Positions 10,282-20,000 of a stretch of 64,000 bases of DNA are shown in pieces; position 1 is the stretch's first letter; every line of letters begins with the position of its first letter. The notes beneath the pieces are model-generated. The model was not told where the DNA came from, ran no database searches, and saw only the letters and a program-made list of their open reading frames with translations. Source of the stretch: an uncultured Chloroflexia bacterium. GTDB lineage: Bacteria > Chloroflexota > Anaerolineae > CG2-30-64-16. Location of the stretch: positions 608,001 to 672,000 of the forward strand of contig CAVZDU010000002.1 of assembly GCA_963774265.1 (NCBI GenBank), written 5' to 3'. Made by a program: the position numbers and the translations under genes.

Positions 10282-13245
10282 ATGGACTCTTCGAGCCTTT
10301 TCAGTCGCGCGGAAGTGATGGGTGGCCTGACCGCCAGGCGCGCTCGCACGCTCCTCTACCTCATCGAGAGTCGCAGCGCTCGCCTGGCCGCCCAGGCCAG
10401 GCAGGCCATGGCGCCCTTTCGCTCCGAGCAGGCTGCTGCGGACGACGAGTTGGCTTTCATCACGGCCTTCACCGAGGGCCGGGATCCGCCGCTGAAACCC
10501 TCGATCCAGGACCTGGAGCACTTCGCCGGGCAGTGGGCGCCCCTTGTGCCGCGAGAGCCCCGGATGCAGGCTGCGGTCAGCCACGCGCTCGCTGCGAAGT
10601 ACCGCTTCACTCATGACGCCGTGCCGGGCATCAGGGCTGCTCTCGGCCTGGACGAGAGTCCAGTGCAGGACGCCTTCCTGAGGCAGTATGGGGCGACGAT
10701 CGCTTCGATCTATCAGACCAGTCCCGGTGGCCTCGAGCGCCTCCGCTGGGCCTGGGCCAGATTTGCCCGCCGGTTAGAGTCGCTGCCGCCCTTTTGGACC
10801 TCCTTTGCCCTGACCCTTACGGAAACGGTCGGCGCCGGCACGCTGGCCTTGCCTATCGCGCTGGCCGGCATCGGTCCACTTCCAGGCATTTTGCTTATGA
10901 TCGTGCTGGGCACGGTCAATGTGGTGACGATCGTCTGCGGGGCGGAAGCGGCGGCGCGCAGCGCGACAGTGCGTTACGGTTCGGGCTTCATAGGACGGAT
11001 GGTGCGCGATTACCTGGGCAACTACGCCAGCCTCGTGCTCACAGCGGCGGTGGCCCTGCTTTGCTTCCTGACATTGCCGGTCTTGTACATCGGTTTTGGC
11101 AGCGCGATGGCGGGCTTCACCGGCCTGCCCCAGGCGGCGTGGGTCATCGGGCTCTTCCTGATCTGCATGTACCTGTTGCGCCGGGAGTCGTTGGATGCCA
11201 CCGTCGGCTCGGCGCTGGTGGTCGGAGCGGTCAATATCGGCATCATCATGCTGCTTTCCTTGCTGGCTTTTACCCGGCTGGATCCCGCCAACCTGCTTTA
11301 TTTCAACGTTCCATTTGTCAACGGAAAGCCGTTCGAGCCCTCGCTCCTGGAGCTGATCTTCGGAGTGATTTTGTTGGCCTTTTTCGGCCACATGTCGGTG
11401 AACAACTGCGCGCAGGTTGTGCTGCGTCGCGATGCCAGCGCCCGTTCCCTGCTCGGCGGCGCGGCCGCGGCCCAAGTCGTGGTCATCGCCATGTACAGCA
11501 TCTGGTGCCTTGCAGTTGCAGGAGCCGTCCCGGCCGCGACTTTGCGCGCTGAAACGGGCACCGCCCTGGCGCCGTTGGCCAGTCGCGTGGGGCCGATCGC
11601 GGTTGTACTCAGCAGCATCTACGTCGTGCTGGCCCTCGCCATCGGGTCACTTCACAGTTCGCTCGGGCTTTTCAATCTCGTGCGCGAGCGCTTGCCCGCC
11701 CAGGCGGCGCTCTCCGTCAGGTTGTCGCTGCGTGACGGCCGGCTGATATTAACCCCTCGTCCCAGCATCCGAAGTCTCTTCCGCGCGGGCCAGCCGGGCA
11801 GCCGGCTCGGCGTGACTTACCTTGGGCTGGACGGCATGCGGCCCCAGGCCACGCCCCGCCCACGTCTGCGCCTGGATCTCAACCTGGGCGGCCAGGTTCA
11901 CGTCCTGGAAACCACGTTGGACAATGCTTCGTGGGACCAGGCGGCGCTGGCCGGGCTGCTGCCAGACCTGCACCGGCGAGGGATACGGCTCAACCTGGAG
12001 GTGGTCGAGGCGGCGCCCGCCTACATTCATCTCCGGGTCGCATCGCCGATGGCCATGCGCTACGAAGGCGAGCGGGAAAGCGCGGGACTGGATCTTGCCG
12101 CTTTGCTGGAACTCGCCGATACAGAGCGTCAGCTCTGGACATGGCTCTCACGGCAGCCGCAACCTGCCAGCCTGGCTGAGATTGCCGCGAACAGCCGCGT
12201 GGATGAGGGCGCAGCGCGAGCATCGATCAAGTCCTTGACCCAACAAAGGCTCGTGAGCGAAGAGCTGGCAGATGGGCAAGTACGCTACCGCGCCCGCTTT
12301 GCCGCCCGGCGTAGCCGCAGCCTTCCCGAGGCGTTGCGGGGCGAAGAGGCTCCGCCCCGTGCAAAGGAACGGAAGAATGCTGACGACGAAAGGGCCTTGA
12401 GCCACCCGGCTCTCTGGGCCGGCCTGAGCGCAAGCGGCCGTTACTGGCTCTGTGCTTTGCCCACCGTCGCGGCGTTCCTGCTGACCGAGTACCTCTTGAT
12501 TAGCAGCAAGGCGTCTTTCTCCGGCGCGTTCAGCCTCATCGGCGTGCTGCTGGTCTCACTCCTTGGCGGTTTCTTTCCGGTCTTGCTGCTCGTTGCCAGC
12601 CGGCGCAAGGGCGACGTGGTGCCTGGCGTGGCGCCGCGCCTGGCCGGTCACCCGCTCGTCCTGGGGCTGATCTACCTGCTGTACCTGGCCGGCCTGTTCT
12701 TGCATGGCCTGGTCATCTGGCGGGAGCCCGTTCAGCGCGCTGCAGCGCTCGGGATTGGTTTGTTGGCGATTGCCATGCCCATCGTCATGCTGCGGCTCGG
12801 CGTCTTTCGCCGGCGGGCCGTGATCGAGTTGTGCGCCCATCTTGACGGGAAGCGGCCGGCGACCTTTGCTGTGTCCGCCGCCGGAAAGCCTCTTCCCGTT
12901 GAAGTGCAATTGCGCTACGACCACGATTGCCGTTGCTCACAGGCGGCGAGCGGTGAAGTCCCCGATTTTCCCGCCTTGCGAACTGCCAGCTTTCGGCGCC
13001 TGACCGGATCGGAAGCCGGTGCGACTGACCGGCCGCCTGCGGTGCGCGATCTGAAAGTCTGGACTCACGCGCTCGCGCCTGACGGCGATGACCAGGCGCT
13101 GCCGGCCACCGGTGAAATCCGGAGCGGGGACGTTGTCACCGCCTGCGACCTGGGGGGCCTGGGCGGTCAGGTGGTTCTACCACTGGCAGATGGCGGCTTC
13201 GTGGTGCAGGTCGCGTTTCAAGGGCCATCGCAGGATGCACGATAG
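10282..13245 (+). CDS. Amino-acid permease-like (APC/aromatic amino acid family) protein with N-terminal, inserted wHTH-like and C-terminal soluble domains
   Basis: TVGAGTLALP TM1 motif, AFFGH TM6 motif; soluble insert containing LAEIAANSRVDEGAARASIKSLTQQRLV; four more TM helices follow. Confidence 0.7.
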   Translation: MDSSSLFSRAEVMGGLTARRARTLLYLIESRSARLAAQARQAMAPFRSEQAAADDELAFITAFTEGRDPPLKPSIQDLEHFAGQWAPLVPREPRMQAAVSHALAAKYRFTHDAVPGIRAALGLDESPVQDAFLRQYGATIASIYQTSPGGLERLRWAWARFARRLESLPPFWTSFALTLTETVGAGTLALPIALAGIGPLPGILLMIVLGTVNVVTIVCGAEAAARSATVRYGSGFIGRMVRDYLGNYASLVLTAAVALLCFLTLPVLYIGFGSAMAGFTGLPQAAWVIGLFLICMYLLRRESLDATVGSALVVGAVNIGIIMLLSLLAFTRLDPANLLYFNVPFVNGKPFEPSLLELIFGVILLAFFGHMSVNNCAQVVLRRDASARSLLGGAAAAQVVVIAMYSIWCLAVAGAVPAATLRAETGTALAPLASRVGPIAVVLSSIYVVLALAIGSLHSSLGLFNLVRERLPAQAALSVRLSLRDGRLILTPRPSIRSLFRAGQPGSRLGVTYLGLDGMRPQATPRPRLRLDLNLGGQVHVLETTLDNASWDQAALAGLLPDLHRRGIRLNLEVVEAAPAYIHLRVASPMAMRYEGERESAGLDLAALLELADTERQLWTWLSRQPQPASLAEIAANSRVDEGAARASIKSLTQQRLVSEELADGQVRYRARFAARRSRSLPEALRGEEAPPRAKERKNADDERALSHPALWAGLSASGRYWLCALPTVAAFLLTEYLLISSKASFSGAFSLIGVLLVSLLGGFFPVLLLVASRRKGDVVPGVAPRLAGHPLVLGLIYLLYLAGLFLHGLVIWREPVQRAAALGIGLLAIAMPIVMLRLGVFRRRAVIELCAHLDGKRPATFAVSAAGKPLPVEVQLRYDHDCRCSQAASGEVPDFPALRTASFRRLTGSEAGATDRPPAVRDLKVWTHALAPDGDDQALPATGEIRSGDVVTACDLGGLGGQVVLPLADGGFVVQVAFQGPSQDAR

Positions 13246-13255
13246 GAGGCGGCCC

Positions 13256-13963
13256 GTGGCAGACACTCAGGGACACATTCTGGTCGTAGATGACTACGTG
13301 CTCAACCGCATGCAGTTGAAACGCAGCCTCGAGCAACAAGGTCACACGGTCAGCCTGGCCGAGAACGGGCGGCAGGCCCTCGAGCTGCTGGAAGTGGGCT
13401 GCTTCGACCTGGTGCTGCTTGACATCCTCATGCCTGAGATGGACGGCTACGAGGTGCTCGCCCGCCTGAAAAGCGATCCGGCGCGCCGCGACCTGCCGGT
13501 GATCGTGATCTCCGCGCTGGATGAGATGGATAGCGTGATCCGCTGCATCGGCATGGGCGCCGAAGACTATCTGCCCAAGCCCTTCGACACGCTGCTGTTG
13601 CGCGCGCGTCTCGGCGCCTGCCTGGAGAAGAAACGGCTGCGCGATCAGGAGGTGGAATACCTCCAGCAGGTCGCGCGCGTGACGGCGGCGGCCGCGGCGG
13701 TGGAGGCGGGGCAGTTCACGCTCGCCAGCCTCGACGATGTGGCGGCGCGGCCGGATGCACTCGGTCAACTCGGACGCGTCTTCCAGCGCATGGCGCACGA
13801 AGTCTATGCGCGCGAGCAGTCCCTGAAGCACCAAGTGCAGGAGTTGCGTATCCAGATCGACGAAGTCAAGAAAGCGCGTGAAGTGGCCGAGATCACCGAG
13901 AGCGACTACTTTCGCACCCTGCGTAACAAGGCGCACCAACTGCGGGAAAACCACGGCACATAA
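13256..13963 (+). CDS. Response regulator (REC plus HAMP-like/coiled-coil tail)
   Basis: VVDD, DILMPEMDG, YLPKPF; tail DALGQLGRVFQRMAHEV...EITESDYF; RBS AGGAGG before GTG 13256. Confidence 0.88.
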   Translation: MADTQGHILVVDDYVLNRMQLKRSLEQQGHTVSLAENGRQALELLEVGCFDLVLLDILMPEMDGYEVLARLKSDPARRDLPVIVISALDEMDSVIRCIGMGAEDYLPKPFDTLLLRARLGACLEKKRLRDQEVEYLQQVARVTAAAAAVEAGQFTLASLDDVAARPDALGQLGRVFQRMAHEVYAREQSLKHQVQELRIQIDEVKKAREVAEITESDYFRTLRNKAHQLRENHGT

Positions 13964-13977
13964 GCGAGGAAGACACC

Positions 13978-14469
13978 ATGCTTTCGGCTATCGAGAAAGT
14001 CATCTTTCTGAAAGAAGTGCCCTTTTTCCAGGGCATGACCGTCGGGCAATTACGGGTCCTCGCAAATGTGTGCGAGGAGGAGTTCTTCCCCGCCGAGGCC
14101 CGCCTGTTCACCGAAGGCGATCCCGGGGGTGTGCTCTACGTTGTGGTCAGCGGCCGTGTCGGCATTGAGCAGGAGAAACGCAAGGGTTCTTTTGCGCGGC
14201 TCGCCACGGTCGAAGCGCACGGCTACCTGGGCGAGGCCGACTTCTTCGACAACAATTGCCGCACCAACTCGGCCATCGCCATCCAGGACACCCTGGCGCT
14301 GCGGCTGCGCCGCGAGCCGTTGATTGCGCTGGCCCGCCAGTATCCCGACCTGTCGCTGGAGTTGATCAACGTGCTCAGCGTCCGGTTGCGGGAAGCCAAC
14401 GACCGCATCGCGGATCTGACACGGACCCACCCCCAAAAACTGCAGAAGCTCTATGACCAGCTCACCTGA
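13978..14469 (+). CDS. Stand-alone cyclic nucleotide-binding domain protein
   Basis: LFTEGDPG, LYVVVSGRV, YLGE...RTNSAIA. Confidence 0.88.
   Translation: MLSAIEKVIFLKEVPFFQGMTVGQLRVLANVCEEEFFPAEARLFTEGDPGGVLYVVVSGRVGIEQEKRKGSFARLATVEAHGYLGEADFFDNNCRTNSAIAIQDTLALRLRREPLIALARQYPDLSLELINVLSVRLREANDRIADLTRTHPQKLQKLYDQLT
13981..14469 (+). repeat. About 490-bp direct repeat, copy 1 (cNMP domain)
   Basis: Aligns without gaps to 19882-20370; over 90% identical by eye. Confidence 0.9.
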
Positions 14470-14507
14470 GATATCGGATGCAGACACGCTGGAAGGAGCG
14501 CGTCCCG

Positions 14508-15803
14508 ATGGATGTCTATGCATGGGCCGATGACCTGATCAATTCTGCCCCCAGGTATGCGACGGGTTTTACCGAGCTGCTGGCCACAGAGCCATATCGG
14601 ATGTCGCTCGTTTTGCGGCGGCAGTATGACTCAAGGCTGCATCTCATTCGATCTTTCCAGAAGATCGCGCTTGATGTGTTCAGAGCTGCCTTGAGCGGCG
14701 AGATGCCCCCTGCCGTTCTTCACTGGCTGATGAACGAAACGCCTGATTGCGTTGGGCTCAGTTATCATCGCAGCCTCGAAGACCGCCACTTCACCCTCCC
14801 GGTGTTCTTTCGTACGGACGAAGTGACGCCCGGAAGGATCATCGAGATTCAATGCCCGGGATCGGCGTGGGGCGAGTTACAGCTGGCCTTCGAGTACGCG
14901 GTGGCGATGGGCTATCTCGGCCGGGAGGCATCTCCCGCCGATCGTTTTGCCGCTCAACTGACCGATTTCCTGCGAGACACCCCTGTGGTGCACCATCTTC
15001 TCGACAATGTTTCTGCGCCGCCAGGAATGCGGTATTTCATCGAGAAAACCAGGCCTGGCGTCAGATACGGGGACATTGACCACGGCGTGCGGGCAAGTGA
15101 CTGCAACTTCATCCGAAGCCACGCGTTTTTCAGTATATGCAGCGACAAAGACTTCCTGGCGCGGCTGTCGAAGGTGGGCAGCGGCGTCACTTACGATCTG
15201 CCGCCTCACATCCTGTTTGATAACAAGGCAGCGCTTGTGCTCCCGTTCTGGTCGGTGACCCGAGAGTCGTTTTCTGATGATATTCGCGAGCTATTTCCCT
15301 TTACGACCCCCCTGTTGCCGGACGGCATCGAGCTGCCAGACGGCACGCGCGTAACCATCGAGGACTTCTGTCGTTGGCCGCGCTCTCGGCGATCGTACTA
15401 TCTGAAGTATGCCGGGGCAAGCCTGGAGCTGAATTGGGGGAGCAGGGGCGTATATCGGTTGAGCAATCTGGGCAGCGCCGCGTGTCTCAACTTTCTCCGG
15501 GAATGTCTCAGCGGGTATGAGAAGGGCCAGATCTGGTTGCTGCAGAAGGAGGAAATCCAAGAGGATGAGATCGCCTATCTGGCCCGCGACGGGACCGTGC
15601 ATCATCAGCGCCTCCATGCGAAGTTCAGCGGGTATTATGGACCCGATGGCTGTCTCGGCGTTCTGGCGATGCACAGGCAGCACAACAAGGTGCACGGGCA
15701 ACCAGACACCATTCTAAGCTATGTTTTGGCGCACGACGCCGGACAAGCCGGACAGAGGAGCGCAATCGCTATGGAGGAGGCAGATGTCGCTCACCGTCTA
15801 TGA
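14508..15803 (+). CDS. Hypothetical protein, ATP-grasp (glutathionylspermidine synthase/circularly permuted type)-like ligase A
   Basis: Motif order FFRTDE...IIEIQCPG, DNKAAL, YYLKY...WGSRGVY, WLLQKE matches RxD / ExN / K / LK..G.GV / Q of GSP-synthase-type ATP-grasps; RBS AAGGAG. Confidence 0.55.
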   Translation: MDVYAWADDLINSAPRYATGFTELLATEPYRMSLVLRRQYDSRLHLIRSFQKIALDVFRAALSGEMPPAVLHWLMNETPDCVGLSYHRSLEDRHFTLPVFFRTDEVTPGRIIEIQCPGSAWGELQLAFEYAVAMGYLGREASPADRFAAQLTDFLRDTPVVHHLLDNVSAPPGMRYFIEKTRPGVRYGDIDHGVRASDCNFIRSHAFFSICSDKDFLARLSKVGSGVTYDLPPHILFDNKAALVLPFWSVTRESFSDDIRELFPFTTPLLPDGIELPDGTRVTIEDFCRWPRSRRSYYLKYAGASLELNWGSRGVYRLSNLGSAACLNFLRECLSGYEKGQIWLLQKEEIQEDEIAYLARDGTVHHQRLHAKFSGYYGPDGCLGVLAMHRQHNKVHGQPDTILSYVLAHDAGQAGQRSAIAMEEADVAHRL

Positions 15804-17041
15804 ATGGGCTGATAGCTCGATCAACTCCTGCCCCCGGTATGAGACGGGTTTTACGCAACTGCTGGCTACAAAGCCATACCGGGTGTCTCCCGACGTTCGG
15901 CAGTCTTTATGACTCCAGGCTGCTTCTCATCCGGTCTTTTCAGAAGACAGCAGTCGGACTGTTCAGAGCCGCCCTGAACGGCGACATGCACCCGGCGGTT
16001 CTTCACTGGCTCATGAATGAAACGCCCGATAGTCTTGCGAAGTCCTACCATCGCACCCTCGAAGAACGCCACTTCACCCTGCCGGTCTTCTTTCGCACTG
16101 ACGAAGTGCGGCCCGGCAGAATCAATGAGATTAATTGCCCGGCAGCATTGTGGGGCGAGCTGCAGTTAGCTTACGAGTATGCGGCCAGGATGGGCTACGG
16201 CGCCGGCCATGTCTCACCCGCCGATCAATATGCGGCTCAGCTGACCGATTTCCTGCAAGAGGCCCCTGTAGTTCATCACTTTCTCGATAAGTCTTCTGCT
16301 CCCGGAAGCTGGCGGTACTTCATCGAGAAGACCAGGCCTCGCGTAAGATATTGGAGCATCGACCGCGGCGTGAGAGCGGTTGATTGCAACTTCATCCGGT
16401 ACCAGACGTTCGTCGACCTATTGGGGGATGGCAACTTTCCTGCGCGGCTATCGAAGGTGGGCAACGGGGTCACGTTCGATTCCCCGCCTTACATGTTGTT
16501 CGATCAGAAGGCAGCGCTGGTGCTGCCGTTCTGGTCGATGACACGCGAGTGGTTCGCGGACGATATTCGGGGCCTGTTTCTCTTTGCCACCCCCTTGCTG
16601 CCGTCCGGCATCGAGCTGCCGGACGGCAGGTGCATAAGCATCGAGGACTTTTCTCGCTGGCCGCGCTCTCAGCGGTCATTCTACTTGAAATATGCAGGGG
16701 CGGACTGGACCCTGAATTACGGCAGCAAGGCGGTATACAGGCTCAGCAATATGAGCAGCGACGCCTGTCTCGATTTCCTGCGGCAATGTCTCGATCAGTA
16801 CGAGCGCGGCCATATCTGGCTGCTCCAACAAGAAGAAACCCAGGATGATGAGATCGAGTACCGGACCCGTGACGGCGCCCTTCATACCCAGCGCCTGCGA
16901 GCGAACTTCGGTGGCTTCTATGGGCCGGGTGGTTGTCTCGGGATCCTGGCCAACCACAGCCGATACAACAAAGTGCATGGGCAAGCGGATACGGTTATCA
17001 GCTATGTCCTGGCTGACCTCGAGGATCGTGGCACGGCATGA
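15784..17041 (+). CDS. Paralogous ATP-grasp-like ligase B (one extra base near 15907)
   Basis: RBS GGAGGAGG before ATG 15784; MSLTVYEWADSSINSCPRYETGF matches the N-terminus of ligase A; RTDE, INEINCP, DQKAAL, FYLKY, WLLQQE. Confidence 0.55.
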
Positions 17042-20000
17042 GAGCAGCGGGCTTCCTGGGCAAGCTGTTCAACGTGCGCTCCGGTGAGTGGCGCCGCCTG
17101 TTGCTGCTGTATTGCATGACGCTGGCGGTCGTGACTGGCCTCACCTGGGCCGATGCGATCGTTCAGGCGGCTTTTCTGCAGCGTGTCGGCGTGCAGTACC
17201 TGCCCTGGGTGTTCATCAGCAGCGCGGCCTGCTCTCTCGGCGCCATGTTCGTCTATTCGGCCTTCGCCGATCGGGTGTCCAATACCCGCCTGCTGATCGC
17301 CCTCCTGGCTATCGGCGGCGCCGGCATCCTGTTGGGCCTGGCGGCGTTGGCTAGCGGGCTGGTCGGGCTGGGCTACCTGCTGCTGTTCCTGGTCCTCCAG
17401 GTGCCGTTGTTGGACGTGTATAATATTCATTGGGCGACCTACGTCAACGGCTTCTACGATATTCGAGTCGCGAAGCGCATCGTGCCCGTGCTGAGCACCG
17501 CCTCCCGCCTCGCCGGTATCGTCGGTGGGTTGAGCATGCCGCTGATGAACCGTCTGCTGAGCCCAACCGGCATTCTCCTGGTTGCTATCGCATCCCTGGC
17601 GGTCATGGCACTCCTGGTGGCCGTCATGCCGCGCTTGCTGCACGAACAGCGGTCCAAGCCGGGCCCTTGGGCCGGCTCACCGGCAATGCCCCAGGCCGCT
17701 CCTTCCCCCTCGTATGGCGCCCGCCTCCGTGAAGGCTATCAGCAGATTGCGCGTTCGCCTTTCCTGCGCTGGATGGCGCTCTCGACGCTCGTCATGACCG
17801 TCCTGATGACCCTGCTCAATTACGGGGCCAGCGCCATCTTTCAGGAGGAACTCAAGACAACCGTTGCGATCGCCGACTTCCTGGGAGTGCTGGGGGGCAT
17901 GGCCAACCTGGTGGTGTTGCCGTTCCAGTTGTTCTTGCTGAGCCGCCTGATCGCGCGCCTGGGTCTGGGCAATGCCAACCTGGTCTTCCCGCTGGCCACC
18001 CTGGCCTCGGCCGGCAGCCTGGCCGTCGCGCCCGGCCTGGGCACGGCCGCCCTGGCCTACCTGGACCGCACCGCCCTGCGCTCTGCCTTCCGCAACCCGA
18101 CCGACAACCTGCTCTACAACGCGGTGCCTTCACGCGTCAAGGCGCGTACCCGCGCTTTCGTCGGCGGCCTGGTGGTCCCGATCGGCGCGATCGTGGGTGG
18201 CCTGCTGCTGCTGACCGGGTTGATGCGTACGTCCTGGTTCCTGCCCGCGGCGATGCTCGTCCTGGGACTCGCCTTCGCACTGGCTGCACTGATGGTGCGC
18301 CGGCACTATGGGCCAGCGCTGGTGGACTTGCTGGAGCAGGAGGACTACTCCTCCCTGGCCCTGCAGGCCCCGTCGCTGCAGGAGCCAACCGCCCTCGCCG
18401 CAGCCGATCCGCCGACCCTGGCACGCCTGGCACAAAAGCTGAGCGAGAGCACAAGCCCCGAGCGCGCGACCTTCATGGCCCAGCTGATCATTGCGGTTGG
18501 CGGCGATGCCGCAGTGCCGATCGTGGGACAGGCTGCGCGTGCCGCGACTGACAGCCGGCTCCGCACGTCGCTGGTCGATGTGCTCGTCGCAGCCGACGTG
18601 CGGCGGGGCGGGGCGCGCGAGCTGTACACCGAGCTGCTGGCCGACCGTGACGGGCAGGTGCGCCTGTCGGCCATCGGCGGCCTGGAGCAGATCGACGGGC
18701 CGCGCGATGGCCGTTACCTGGTGGTCGCCGCGCGCCTGTTGGCCGATTCGGAGATCGACGTCCGACTGCGCGTTCTACCTGCCCTCCTGGCCGCGGACGA
18801 TCCCGGCATGCGTACCGCAGGCTCCGGCGAACTCCGTGCGCTCCTGAATGCTTCCGATCCGCGCATCCGGGCGCGGGCCCTGCGTGTCGTCGGGCAGGCC
18901 CGCGCCTCCGGGTACTTGCCGGAGGTGGTGCACTCACTGGCTGATGGCGCAGACGAGGTGCGGCTGGCGGCCGCTCTTGCTGTCGAGATGCTGGTCGACG
19001 ACGAGTTGCCTGCCCCCAGTCGGGAAGCGCTGCTGGCTTCGGTTCTAGACCTCCTCCACGATCCGATCGAGCGGGCGCGCATGGCGGCCATCATGATCCT
19101 GGGCCGGCTCAGCAAGGACGGCGAGCCCCATGCGGCGGCGGTGCACGAGAGACTGGTGGGAGGCCTGGCCGATCCCAGCCCGGAGGTGCGGGAACGGGCC
19201 ATCGAAGTCCTGGCGAACGCCGGCCGGCGGGCCGTCCCCCAGGTGCACGAGCAGCTCAACTCCGCAGATCCCCGCCTGCGCCAGATGGCTGCGGTGGTGT
19301 TGGCCCGCATCGATCCCCGCAGATACGCACCCCTGGTACGCGGGCCAATTCTCGACGGCAACCTGCTCATCATTTACCGGAACCTGAGCTGCTCACACGC
19401 CCTGGCCGGCTGCCCCGGTCCGGTGGTGGCCGTGTTGGGGCGCGCGCTGCGCGAGCGGAATGCGACCCTGCTCGACGAGGTTTTCTACCTTCTGGCGACG
19501 ATCCAGGATCCGGCCGCGGTCAGGACCATCGCGCACTCGCTGCGCAGCCCGCAGCCGGTGGTGCGGGCCAACGCGGCCGAGGCCCTGGAATCACTGACTG
19601 CGCCCCAGACGGCCGCCCTGGTCGGGCCGCTGTTCGAGCCGGACCTGCCGCCCGAGCCACTCCTGTCGCTGGCCAGGCAGACCTGGGACATATCTATCCC
19701 TACGCCTGCCGCAGCCATGCGCCTGCTCCTGAGTGAGGCCAGCGATGCCTGGCAGCGCTCCCTGGCCCTCGCCGCACTGGTGGAACTGAGTGCATCAGTC
19801 GATCCCGGATCTGGCGGGGAGATTGCCGAGCTGCTGAGCCTGGCGCAGGCGGACACGAAGGGAGCACAGAATGACACCGCGCTTTCGGCCGTCGAGAAAG
19901 TCATCTTGCTGAAAGAAGCGCCCTTCTTCCAGGGCATGACCGTCGAGCAATTGCGGGTCCTCGCAAATGTGTGCGAGGAGGAGTTCTTCCCCGCCGAGGC

